64,000 nucleotides of DNA from Selaginella moellendorffii (Eukaryota > Plantae > Lycopodiophyta). Shown piece by piece: positions 36,559 to 46,745 of the stretch. Position 1 is the stretch's first letter. Every line of letters starts with the position of its first letter. A program made the translations under genes and the position numbers. The notes below the pieces were generated by a model. It worked only from the letters and a program-made list of their open reading frames with translations. It was not told the origin of the DNA and ran no database searches. Location of the stretch: NCBI RefSeq assembly GCF_000143415.4, contig NW_003314292.1, forward strand, positions 443,178 through 507,177. The letters run 5' to 3'.

Positions 36559-36936
36559 GACTGACAAGAGTTGTGGGTGGAACTTATGGGTGCATGCAAG
36601 ACTGAGAAGAAGGCAAAGAGTACCAGTGCTCCCAACGGATATGGGTGCATGCAACTGTGTGAGCCACCTAAGAACTACTCATGCTGCCTCAAGAATGGAT
36701 ATGGCTGCATGTGGCTTTGCAGGAATGGTGTGGAGCGCACTACTAGAATGGCTATGGCTGCACCAAGATGTGCCCCAAGAGAGTCACTTCTGGAAAGAGG
36801 TCAATGTCCAAGCGCTCTATGGTGTCGACCACCCATAAACTTTCGAAGACATCAATGTGTGTATGTGTGCTACTATAGATCTATGGCAGCCAGCTTTAAA
36901 TAAAAACTCCGATTTTCTTTTCTGAGTCTCGAGCTT
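36559..36936 (+). pseudogene. Decayed paralogue of the Cys-rich NGYG-repeat peptide gene at 46257 (last exon plus 3' UTR)
   Basis: Acceptor ttcag|, then LTRVVGG..YGCMQD*, NGYGCMQLC, KNYSCCLKNGYGCMWLCRNGVE and NGYGCTKMCPK, separated by frameshifts and a stop. The 3' UTR CTATAGATCTATGGC...AAATAAAAACTC...GATTTTCTTTTC.GAGTCT.GAGCT is shared. Confidence 0.85.
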
Positions 36937-37842
36937 AAAATCCACTTCCTTCTTTCAAGATACCCCGTGAAGTTTGCTTTTCAATCAAATTGATTGTGTG
37001 ATTGTGTCCAGTTCCAAAGCAGGAGTTTCTACAAAAGATCAAAGGTGAATAGATTCAAGCATGTATAAATAAAACAAGCCTTTCTCATTTTCATAGCTCC
37101 TTTTAGATGTGCCATTGGTGAATCGTGATTCCCATTGTTGGCAAGGGGGGATCGCCTCATGCAGCAGAATTGCGAACTTTGAGCATCAGATCGTCGTAAT
37201 GCTTTATTTCCGAGGATCTACGCCCCCAAATTTCATGATCAACTTTGAAACTCTTGGATCGAAATTTCGATACGATCAAAAGCTTCTTGATGTTCTTGGT
37301 GATATTTCCAAAGTATGTTTATAAATATTTAGTGAATTTAAGCAGTTTTAATAGAATGCTGCCAACTTGCAAACAATTGCAGCATTACATTGTGAAAAGC
37401 TCCGCAATGTTTTCTAAATGTCCTAAACTACACCATTAAACTCTTGTGGCCTGATGCTGGCTGCAGCAACAATCTGCTGGGGAGAAATGCCTGATGCAAT
37501 CCCAATTCTTTGTCAAACGAAAGAATTGAGCCATTCAAGTTCGTAAGCTCCACCTTCCTACAAAGTCCTCAAACATCCTCTAAGAACTGGACTGCATTGC
37601 CAATGAACCGGAGTATGAGGTTCGTGCCATTCTCGATTCCAAAATCCTTCCTCAAAACCACCAACTGCCCAGAAGTTCGTGGCTTTGGTTGCTGGAGCGC
37701 ATGTAGCTTGTGGAATAGCAGCTTAAGGTCTGCTGGGGAGGTGAAAGGAGTAGTTTTAAAAGCTGTCGTAGCTTCTCCTCAAGCTTGTAGTGACACTGCT
37801 TTTGCCGGCGTATAGATTTTCGGGAAGTCTCGAGATGGCTGT

Positions 37843-40280
37843 TTAGTCTGATTCCCATCTGATGTGCTTGGGAACCGAGGGCGGCTTTGGAGCGTCGAGA
37901 CTTCCTTCCAGATGTCGTTTGCGTGTATCACTTTGCCAGCCTTCAGGGCTTGGAGGAGCCTTGGCAATCCATGGATCCTGTGCTGCCAAAACCATACGCA
38001 CTACTCCTTGCAATTCTCTCAAGCCCCTCATGCTCGAGCTTGTCACCACCATGCCGTCAAACGCCACACACGCATTTGGATAGCTGGTCACATCAATCTC
38101 CACAACCTGTAAAACGAAAGAAAAACAACATTAAAACTTGGCTTGTCCGAAGGTGAATCCATCCATACCTTGGGATACCTCTGGCTGAAGTGCGTCAAGA
38201 TGACTTGCTCCGCTTGCATTCGACTTCCAACTTGCAGAGCCTCGCTCACGGTACAGTGCCGTTTCTTCCGAGCGTGACTTTCCAAGCAATCCTCAAACGT
38301 GGCCTCGTGAATGAGCAGCGTGCAGCCGGCTCCAGCTTGAATGAGCCGGTCCGAAGGTCGGGTGTCACCCGAGTAAACCAAGTGCCATCCAGTTTGTCCG
38401 TGTAGCACCAGACCATAGGCCTCGTAGCAGTGATTAACGGGAACACTGGCAATGCTCTTCAGCTGTAGAGTCTCTAGGACACGTCCAAGGTGGTGCGAGC
38501 CTTCAAATTCTTCGAAGTGCATCACTACGAAAGCTGGTAATGGAAAACCCGACTGTGCGTGAGCATTGCAAACCTGATAAGCAAAAATGATATGAGGAAT
38601 TCGCAGTCCTTGTCATGAAGCAAGAAAAGAAGAAACCTGTACCTCAGTAAGCCACTTTACGACGGCAGTGGATCCAATAACCAGTAGGGGCTTTGTTCTC
38701 TCCCGTGCTTGCGAGCAAACAATGGCCACAGCTCCCAGGACATGGTCGGCATGTTTGTGGGATAACCACAGACACTCGATAGAGTTGACGGCTTCCAAAG
38801 CTTTGGCCTCGCCGTAACTCCTGAAAATCTGTCCGAGCACGCCTTCACCAGCATCGAGCAGCATTGCAGCGGAGCCTCGGAGACGAAGTAAAACACCACT
38901 GCTTCCCCGGTACTTACTCGGCTCTGCCGAGCCCGTGCCGAAAAACTGCACCTCAAAGTCATCGCTCGAGCACACTGCTGTGCGGCTTTGTCCACAACTC
39001 TTGCGTAGCATACTTCGTTTCATGGCTCTTGCCACGAGCTGGTTGGAACTGCAACGCTGGCTCTCCATGTTGAGAAGTTTGTCTCTGAGCCAAGGCTGCA
39101 GTTTTAAGAGGTCCTCTTGATAGTTCGTGAAGTTGAAGTTTTCGATACATTTCGAGTGATCCATGCGCACGACAATGTCACCGCAGCTTCCCCGTTCCAA
39201 AACTATCCGCGAAAGAAGGTGACCACTTGTAAGGCTTGAACGTTTCGCTGCTGAAGGCTCGCACTCATTGCAGTTAGCTGGGATGGGAAAGAACTTCTTG
39301 CTAACCATGTTGAGCATCGCTGTGGTTCGTAAGGAAGCCTGGAATCCATACTGCGGCGAGCTTGCATTAACCAGGACATGGAACGACTGATAATTCTCAA
39401 TCCATCTGCTGTACTCTTCAGACGTCACCACTGGTCCCGGGCTCAAATGAATCACTGCTGCTATTCCTTGCGGGTGCTGCTCGCAGTGCAAGATGGCATC
39501 GGCTTCCATACCAGACAACGTCGAACAGTCTGGGATATCCAGTATGAGCAAAGAAGAATTAAGCTTCTTCAAGTAAAAAGTATACCCGAGGACAGTGGTG
39601 ACAGGAGAAGAACCTGGAGCTGTACAATCCGCAATGCTGTGGTTGCCTCTGGTATCTCTGACGAAAACAGGATTGGAGTCTTCATCGAGCTCAGGCAAGA
39701 GATCTTCCTCATGATGCCGAGAGAAAGATGCGTTTTGCTGGTAAACACAAGACTGGCAGCGGTTTCCCGACGCCAGAATGGGGAAGATAACGACATACTC
39801 GTCTTCAAAAACAGGTACGTTTCCCTCTGTCCATTCACTGACAAAAACCTGTAAGAAGCTGGGATCAGTTTTGCAGTAGCCACTTAAAATGCAAACTTGA
39901 AACTCACTTTTGGATGCCGCCAGCGAAAGATGTGACGAAGTGCGTGAACAAACGCAGCAGAACCCCGTGGCCCAGTCACTTCTAGTTTTTCGTGACCATC
40001 TTGAGCGAGCCTTAGAATGAGACCACCGATGCCACCCTGTGCCAAAAACAGAATCAAGTCATAGGTGATGGCAAGTCCGAAAACTTACAGCTGCAACTGG
40101 ACGAATCGAAGTAAGCACAAGGCAAGACAGCTTTGCACAAGGCCGAATCCTGTGCTCCAGAACAAGTCGACTAAAGCCCTCTGGAACATTCACCAGGTAC
40201 TGGCCTGCTCCTCCGCCATGCGACAGCAGCAATGAAGGACCGACTCCATCGCCACTAGCATTCAAAATCGTGACTTCCAT
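37843..40280 (-). CDS. Long-form tRNase Z (tRNase ZL / ELAC2-like), multi-exon
   Basis: N-terminal YLVNVPEGFSRLVLEH and GGIGGLILRL; C-terminal FFGTGSAEPSKYR, LLDAGEG, SHKHADH, VYSGDTRP, HEATF, HCT, THFSQRYPK and AFDGM. Confidence 0.93.
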
Positions 40281-40333
40281 CGCCTAAAACCCAAAACCTA
40301 GTTCAAAACTTCTCTGCAAAACGGGCGAGTTAG

Positions 40334-42727
40334 CTAGGAGAAAACAAAGAGAGATGACTTATTGCGTGACAGTTCGTTCTTGGAGGCTGAAGCAGCGTAT
40401 ATGTTCGACATAAGCATGCACGCCGTTTCCTCCTCCTCTTCAGTGTCCGCTTTCATCCTTTTCGCCCGCTCGGTGTCCGAATGGATTTTACAGGCACCCA
40501 GGATCGTCGTCCATGCCACTGGAGTTGGCTCATACGGCATTCCACCCAGTAGCTCCTCGGCCTCTTTCAGCCTTCCAGCTCTTCCCAGAACATCAACCAT
40601 TCCAACGTAGTGCTCCACGCCTGGTGCCAATCCAAAGTCTCTCCTCATCGACACAAAGTAGTCTCGGCCCTCGTCCACCAAGCCCAGGTGGCTGCACGCT
40701 TGTAGCACTGTCGTGAATATAATCTCGTCCAGCGCCATGCTCTCGAGTGCCATGCACCAGAACGTCTCCAGTGCCTCGTTGTTGAAGCCATGCTTTGCAT
40801 AGCCGGAGAAGAGTGCAGTCCATGTAGCCACGTCTCTCTTCACCATGTCGTCAAACACCGCTCTAGCTTCTCCAAGGCTTCCACACTTGCTGTACATGTC
40901 TACCAGCGAGTTCTGGACGACCGGGTCTCCGTCAAAACCATCTCGGACGATTTCCCTGTGAACCACCATTCCGTCTGCCAGGGCTCCCATGCCTGTGCAT
41001 GCGTTTATGACGCTAGCGTACGTAAAGCCATCCGGTCTCACGTCCCAAGTCTCCATCTCGTGATAAAGGTCGAGCGCCTTCTCCGGATGGCCACCTTGAG
41101 CATACGCCGAGATCATCATTGTCACTAGGATCGTGTCCTTTTGAGGTGTCAAGTCGAACATCCGCCTCACTTCCTCCAGATTGGCACACTTGAGGTACAT
41201 GTTGAGCAGAGAGTTTTTAATCACAAAGTCCAGCTCCATCTTCTCGGATAGAATCCGAGCGTGAATCTCCCGGCCCTTCGCGAGAGATCCCACGCTCGAG
41301 CATGCGCGGAGAACGCTCGCATATACGTACGCGTCGGGCTTCTCCACTCTAGCAATCATCTGTTCGTAGAGCTCCAGAGCCTCGGACGAATGACCATCTT
41401 GGGAGAAGGCCACGATCATCGTAGTCCAGGCAACCACGTCCTTGTTGGAGATCCTGTCAAAGACTTGCTTCGCGTCCTTGAGGCTCTTGCACTTGGCGTA
41501 CATGTTGACGAGGGCGCTGCTCACAACCACGTCGAGCTCACTGCCTCCAGCTCGCAGCCTCTCGTGAACAGCCTTTCCCTGTTCCAAGTCCCCGAGCCTC
41601 GAGCATGCGTCCAAGACGCTGGCAAACACGAACAAGTCCGGCCTCACTCCTTCCAGATCCATCCGCCTGTAAAACTCCAGCGCCTCCTTGAAGCTCTCGT
41701 GCCGGACGAGCGCTGCAACCATGGAGCTCCAAGAGATCACGTCTCTCCTCACTCCCATGCTGTTAAACACCTCCCTGGCCTCGTCCAATCTCCCACACTT
41801 GGAAAGCATGTCGAGCAGCGAGTTAAGCACTGGAGTCGTGGCTTCCAGTCCCTCGGACACCACCCTCTTGTAGAACAATCTCCCCTCCTCCGCAGCTCCC
41901 AGGTCCGAGCAAGCTCCAAGAACACACGACACCGTGAAAGCGTTTGGCGCTACGTCCATGGCCTTGAAAAGCTCCATCGCTTGCCGGGGATGCCCAGTGT
42001 GGGCATACGCTGCGATCATGGCAGTCCAAGCCACTGTATCCCTGTAGCTCATCCTGTCGAAAACTTCTCTTGCTCGATCCACGCTGCCACACCTCGAGTA
42101 CATTCCAATTAGCCCGGTTGCCACCACGATATCTGATCCACAGCCACAATCCACGATGTGAGAATGGATTCTCATGCCGGTAGGGAGATCCCCGGGCTCC
42201 AAGCAAGCCGCGAGGATCCCCGAGAAGAAGAAACTAGTCGGTCTTACCTTGGCGGTGTCCATCGCTCGGTAGAAATTCAGCGCCTCGCGCATTTGCCCGT
42301 TCTGGGTGTAAGCCATGATCATCATCGTCCACGAGAAGCTGTTCTTGGCATCGATCGCCTCGAAAGCCTCCCTGGCAAGATCCGGAGCGCCGCATTTCCC
42401 ATACATCTGGACAAGGAGGTTGCCGATGAGTGTGCTGCCGCTGTGATCGCTGCCTAGGACCCTCGCGTGGATCCGCTTGCTCGCCTCCAGGTCCCTGGAG
42501 ATCCCGCATTTCCGTATCAGCGCCGAGAAATCCATGAGGCCGACGCTCCTCTTGCGCTCGTCGAGAACCTCCTCCGCAAGTTTTGCCCACACGAGGAGAT
42601 TCTCTACCTGGAGACGCTTGAATCCGGCGATCCAGGAGAGGTAGCTTCCGGACAGCGATCGGAGCGGCTTGCCGGCGTGCCTGCCGAAGGAGACGATCGT
42701 CTCCCCGGCCCCGATGGAGGTATCCAT
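40334..42727 (-). CDS. PLS-class pentatricopeptide repeat protein with truncated E domain (intronless) and an extra N-terminal domain
   Basis: Repeated LV.MY.KCG....A..VFD.M..RDVV.W.AMI.AY and PD..TY.SVL.AC units; HY.GMVDVLGRAGRL.EAE; W.TILGACKIH; no DYW domain. First ATG at 42727. Confidence 0.95.
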   Translation of the reverse strand: MDTSIGAGETIVSFGRHAGKPLRSLSGSYLSWIAGFKRLQVENLLVWAKLAEEVLDERKRSVGLMDFSALIRKCGISRDLEASKRIHARVLGSDHSGSTLIGNLLVQMYGKCGAPDLAREAFEAIDAKNSFSWTMMIMAYTQNGQMREALNFYRAMDTAKVRPTSFFFSGILAACLEPGDLPTGMRIHSHIVDCGCGSDIVVATGLIGMYSRCGSVDRAREVFDRMSYRDTVAWTAMIAAYAHTGHPRQAMELFKAMDVAPNAFTVSCVLGACSDLGAAEEGRLFYKRVVSEGLEATTPVLNSLLDMLSKCGRLDEAREVFNSMGVRRDVISWSSMVAALVRHESFKEALEFYRRMDLEGVRPDLFVFASVLDACSRLGDLEQGKAVHERLRAGGSELDVVVSSALVNMYAKCKSLKDAKQVFDRISNKDVVAWTTMIVAFSQDGHSSEALELYEQMIARVEKPDAYVYASVLRACSSVGSLAKGREIHARILSEKMELDFVIKNSLLNMYLKCANLEEVRRMFDLTPQKDTILVTMMISAYAQGGHPEKALDLYHEMETWDVRPDGFTYASVINACTGMGALADGMVVHREIVRDGFDGDPVVQNSLVDMYSKCGSLGEARAVFDDMVKRDVATWTALFSGYAKHGFNNEALETFWCMALESMALDEIIFTTVLQACSHLGLVDEGRDYFVSMRRDFGLAPGVEHYVGMVDVLGRAGRLKEAEELLGGMPYEPTPVAWTTILGACKIHSDTERAKRMKADTEEEEETACMLMSNIYAASASKNELSRNKSSLFVFS

Positions 42728-42836
42728 AATCCCAAGAGCCCTAAATTTTCTTTCATTCAAAGGAGCTACATTGGAGCGCCATAGAAGCGCTCTCTTCCAG
42801 GTATTCAACTAGGCGATCGATCACTCCAGGGCATTC

Positions 42837-44313
42837 TCACGGGCACTGGCATTGCGATGGTGAATACGCCCAGGGTGATGGGATTGGGAATGGGGATAGG
42901 ATCTGCGGAGGCGGTGAGATCGTGGAATTTGGGTCTGGTTCTTGAGGCGATGCCGGTGGCAAGACATCCGGGTCTGGTTCTTGAGACGATCGAGGTGGAG
43001 AGGATGGAGAGAGATCTGGAGCGAAGATTTCGGGTTGTTCTTGAGGAGGTGCCGGTGGGGAATGGGATCTTTGAGACACTGATGGAGGAAGGACCAAAAC
43101 CACGTAGTTTGGTGTTGCTGCCGATGGAGGAGAAGGATTTGTAGAGGGCGCTGGTGATGGATTCGTGTCCTCGTATGCTCGATCAAGTGGTGGAGGAGCT
43201 GGAGTTGTGTCTGCTACACCAGTTGTTGGCGACAACGATGGAGAAGATGATGAGCTTGGTGGCGATACTGGGACTTCTTGATCGGGACTTTGCGGGAGAA
43301 ATGCTTCGGTGGGAGCTTGGCTTTGCGAGTCCGAAGGAGAAAGTTGTGGGGATTCTTCCGGGGTTTCTACAAGAGGTGGTGGTACCGCCGGAGCTTCTGT
43401 CAAAGAAGGTGATGGGCTTGAAGTGCCATCTTGTCCGGGCCGAGGACGAAGAAATAGATCAGATGGGGATGGTTCCTCCGGTGGCTGTGACAGTGGAGTA
43501 AGAGACTGCGAAGGTGCGACTGGGAATTCTCGAGAAGATGGTAGACTTTGCAGCGGAGAGAATGCCGGTGACAAGTCTGGGCTTTCGGCTGGGCTTTCGG
43601 CTGGAGGACTGGCTTCCTTGACAACAGGTTTAGCGATGGATGCTGCTGGAGCTGTTACGGTCGCCGATGGAGATGGAGCAAGAGCAGCGTCTTGGTGACG
43701 AGAACTTTTATGCTCAGAATGGTGCCCGTGGTCCGGGCTTTTGTGCCGTGACTGGTGATGGTGGGAGCGTTTATGGCCGTGGTGGCGATTGTGGTGGTGA
43801 GACTTTTTGGGATGGGAGACTTGAGGCGGCGATGCAGAAGCACTGGGACATTGTTCCGGTTGGAAGACAAAAGCCGCGACGTGCCGGCTGCCTCTGGTTT
43901 GCGCGAAATCTATATCCACCTCTCGACCATCTTGAGGTACAGCATTGTCGCAAGACCGTGGAAGTGAGCTCGTTATCACGCTCAGGCTGCATTTGGCACT
44001 CGGGTTTCTGAGATGAGCCACGAACTCGCCACTGGACCGGGTGTGGATGATCCTGGATCGATTGGTATCGGCACAGATCAGGTTGAGATAGACTCCTGCA
44101 AGGAAAAGAGAAGAGGCAGCGAGACTAGAAGAGAGAAGCTCGAAGTATACCTTTGAGTCCTTGCTGGGAGTGAGAGCAGTCACGGCAAACGACCGTACCC
44201 GTGAGCGCTACGTGCGAGTTTCTCTGGTGGTCATGGCGAACCTCCCTGCTAGAAACAAGCAGGCACGCTTGGAGGAGGACTGCTAGGATCAAACTGGCTC
44301 GAGCAAGCTCCAT
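42837..44313 (-). CDS. Ole e 1/PAC-domain protein with His patch and long Ser/Pro-rich AGP-like tail (2 exons)
   Basis: Signal MELARASLILAVLLQACLLVSS; LTGTVVCRDC..GLK|GVYLNLIC...T..SGEF...CSL...LPRSC; HHHNRHHGH; SP/AP repeats. Confidence 0.82.
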
Positions 44314-44694
44314 CTTCTTTGGCAACAGTGTAGAGGTAAAAACTCGGTTTTTATGGCTCGATCGATTGGTTCTACCCATGACATCTTCTTTGCATGCAGG
44401 CTCTAGGACGTGTGGGATCGACGTGAAGCATTTGATATCACCACCTAATTTTCCAGGCCGCTGGTGGTGATCCAAATCGATAAGTTTGATCAAGCAGGAA
44501 AAACAAGCGCTTTCTCGATGCATGGTTCCATCAAGGCAAGTGGTCGTCGGGTAATTCACTATCCAATGCCAATTCCCGTTGTCTTGATCTTCCTTTCGAT
44601 TTTCTCCAGGTTTATGGTGAGGGCGAGAGGGTGCTAAAGTTCAAATTTTTAAATTGTAATCAGTGATACTTTTGTTCTAGGGTTCTTCGCGGGG

Positions 44695-45940
44695 ATGGAT
44701 GTAGAAGCTCCTCCCGCTGATGCGGGGGATGCTATCCATCCCTCCCTTCTTGTTACTTCCGCCGACGATGGGAGTCGCGAATGGGAGAGCCAGTGCTGGG
44801 GGTGCTCCTCGTATCTCATCCTCCCTTTCTTCTCCGAGGCATTCAAGTGTGGATGGTGTGGAGCGGTCACACTGAGCAAGCCCAAGCAGAGAAGCAGCCA
44901 GCGATGGCGCAGGTGTGCTACCATCCGAGACTGGAGCTTGGTGGCAGTGGTTCTCATGATCATCGCTCTTGTCACTGGTAAGTTCTCAAGGTACTTTGCT
45001 TTCCTTCTAAAACGATCAAAGATAGGATTTTGCAATCACCCTCTGAGACCTTTGCTTTCCAGGTGGAGGAATATGGACTGTGTACCCGGTTTTATATCCA
45101 CAGCCAACTTGGAGTGGATGCTTCCACATTTTCATCGCGCTTTCTCTGGCTGGAGCAACGCTTGCGAGTTACAGTCTAGCAGCATTCACTCCAGCAGGAG
45201 CTCTAGCGAAGGTGCCGTGGGGATCACTCCAGCCCATTGGCAAATCAGCTCTAGATGGCTACACGTACTGCGCTTACTGCGAATGTCCCAAGCCTCCGCA
45301 AGCCCATCACTGTAGAACTTGCGGAACTTGCGTCATGGACATGGATCACCACTGCCCTTTCGTACGTTGTCTTCTTTTTGTGGTTTTGATTTTCACCTGA
45401 ACTGAAACTCTCTCCTTTTTTGGTATACTCTAGATCGGGAACTGTGTTGGAGCTCACAATCACCGGCATTTCATCCTGTTCCTGGTCTACGCGACGATAA
45501 GCAGCTGCTACGTTTTGCTCATGTCCGTGCTCGCGGGCTTAGCGATCTGGCCACCACTGCTGCAAAGATACCAAGGCTCTGGCGAGTGGGGATTGTTTCA
45601 CTCGGTGGGAACAATTCTAGCAGCGAGCTTTCTCGAGGCGTTTGAAGAGTTTGAGGAGGACGAAGACAAGGGGTTGCCGAGTGTATCGGCGAGGTCTCTG
45701 GCACTCATCTATCTCGTCATCACCGCCATGGCGATTCTGATCGGGCTTGCTCTACTCCTCCGCCAGCAGATACAGCTCTTGTACGCAGGGCAGACGTATC
45801 TGGAGTCGATCCAAGCAGGCGATGGCGAGCTTTTGCGGCCCGGGTGGCACAACCTGAGGCGATTGTTTGGGAAGAAGCATCCAGCTTTGTGGCTGCTTCC
45901 TGGATTCACATCCAAAGGGAGCTACTTGAAACTACAATGA
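44695..45940 (+). CDS. DHHC-CRD protein S-acyltransferase (PAT11-like), 3 exons
   Basis: CWGC...FKCGWCGA N-terminus; [22 protein letters not shown]|IGNCVG..NHR.F; TM segments; GW.NL..LFG. Confidence 0.92.
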
Positions 45941-46179
45941 GAGCTCGTTCTTGGCCGAATGGAATAGTTTAGTGTTCATTTAGATAAGATCAAACCCAAG
46001 ACAATAAGTTTTGCAGAAACAAGTCAATGTAATTGTATGGATACATAATATTAGCTGTCACTGTCCCTAGTTAAGGATCACAATGTAGAAAGTCTTAGGA
46101 TGTATGATAAAATAAAAGCTAATATTAAATACAATTTTTTGAAAAGAATATTCTCCAAAATTCTAGAATCTAATCCTTC

Positions 46180-46186
46180 TATAAAT
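46180..46186 (+). promoter_or_regulatory. TATA box of the Cys-rich peptide gene
   Basis: TATAAAT about 75 bp upstream of the ATG at 46257. Confidence 0.5.
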
Positions 46187-46256
46187 TGAGCACATCCGAG
46201 CCTCTTTCTATCGCATCCTTCTTTGTTTGTTTCTTGTTAGCTTGCTTCAAATAGCT

Positions 46257-46745
46257 ATGGCCTATCCTCGAGTTTCTTCCGTTCTTGTGCTGCCATTGCT
46301 GTTTCTAGCAATTACCAATGCTGCTCGTGTCTATGATGGAGGTAGCAAAGTTTTATTTGCATACATCTATCATAAAATGTGTGTTCTTGTTCCACAGTAA
46401 CGATCCTTGCCGAGGAGGAGGATGTGAGATATATGACTACTATGGTGGAAAACAGAGGTAGCTCAGCATATATTCACCCATGGCCAGGAGCTAAGCTCGT
46501 TGTTTCCATGTTTTGTTTTTGCAGTGCTCACAAGTGTTGTGGGCGACACTTACTGTTGCCTCAAGAACGGCTATGGGTGCCTGCAAAATTGTGACTCATC
46601 CAAGAACTACTCGTGCTGCCTCAAGAATGGATACGGCTGCGTGTGGCTTTGCGAGAATGGTGTGGAGCACTACTGCTGTGAGAAGAATGGCTATGGTTGC
46701 ACCAAGATGTGCCCCAAGTCTACACTCATGTCTGGCAATCTGTAA
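46257..46745 (+). CDS. Secreted cysteine-rich multi-repeat peptide precursor (121 aa; exons 46257-46341, 46398-46457, 46525-46745)
   Basis: Spliced translation: MAYPRVSSVLVLPLLFLAITNA-ARVYDGVTILAEEEDVRYMTTMVENRVLTSVVGD-TYCCLKNGYGCLQNCDSSKN-YSCCLKNGYGCVWLCENGVE-HYCCEKNGYGCTKMCPKSTLMSGNL*. Two phase-1 GT-AG introns keep the frame; upstream TATA and downstream AATAAA present. Confidence 0.85.

Noticed and set aside
41261-42112. 283-aa ORF antisense to the PPR, and 257-aa ORF at 49679-50452 antisense to the U-box gene
   Set aside because: Antisense shadows of GC-rich coding sequence.
46525-46745. Assignment of the NGYG peptide to cyclotides, squash inhibitors, Bowman-Birk inhibitors or BURP-cyclised RiPPs
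   Set aside because: It has four Cys per module rather than a six-Cys knot, no CTKSxPPxC loop, and there is no BURP-domain gene in the window.
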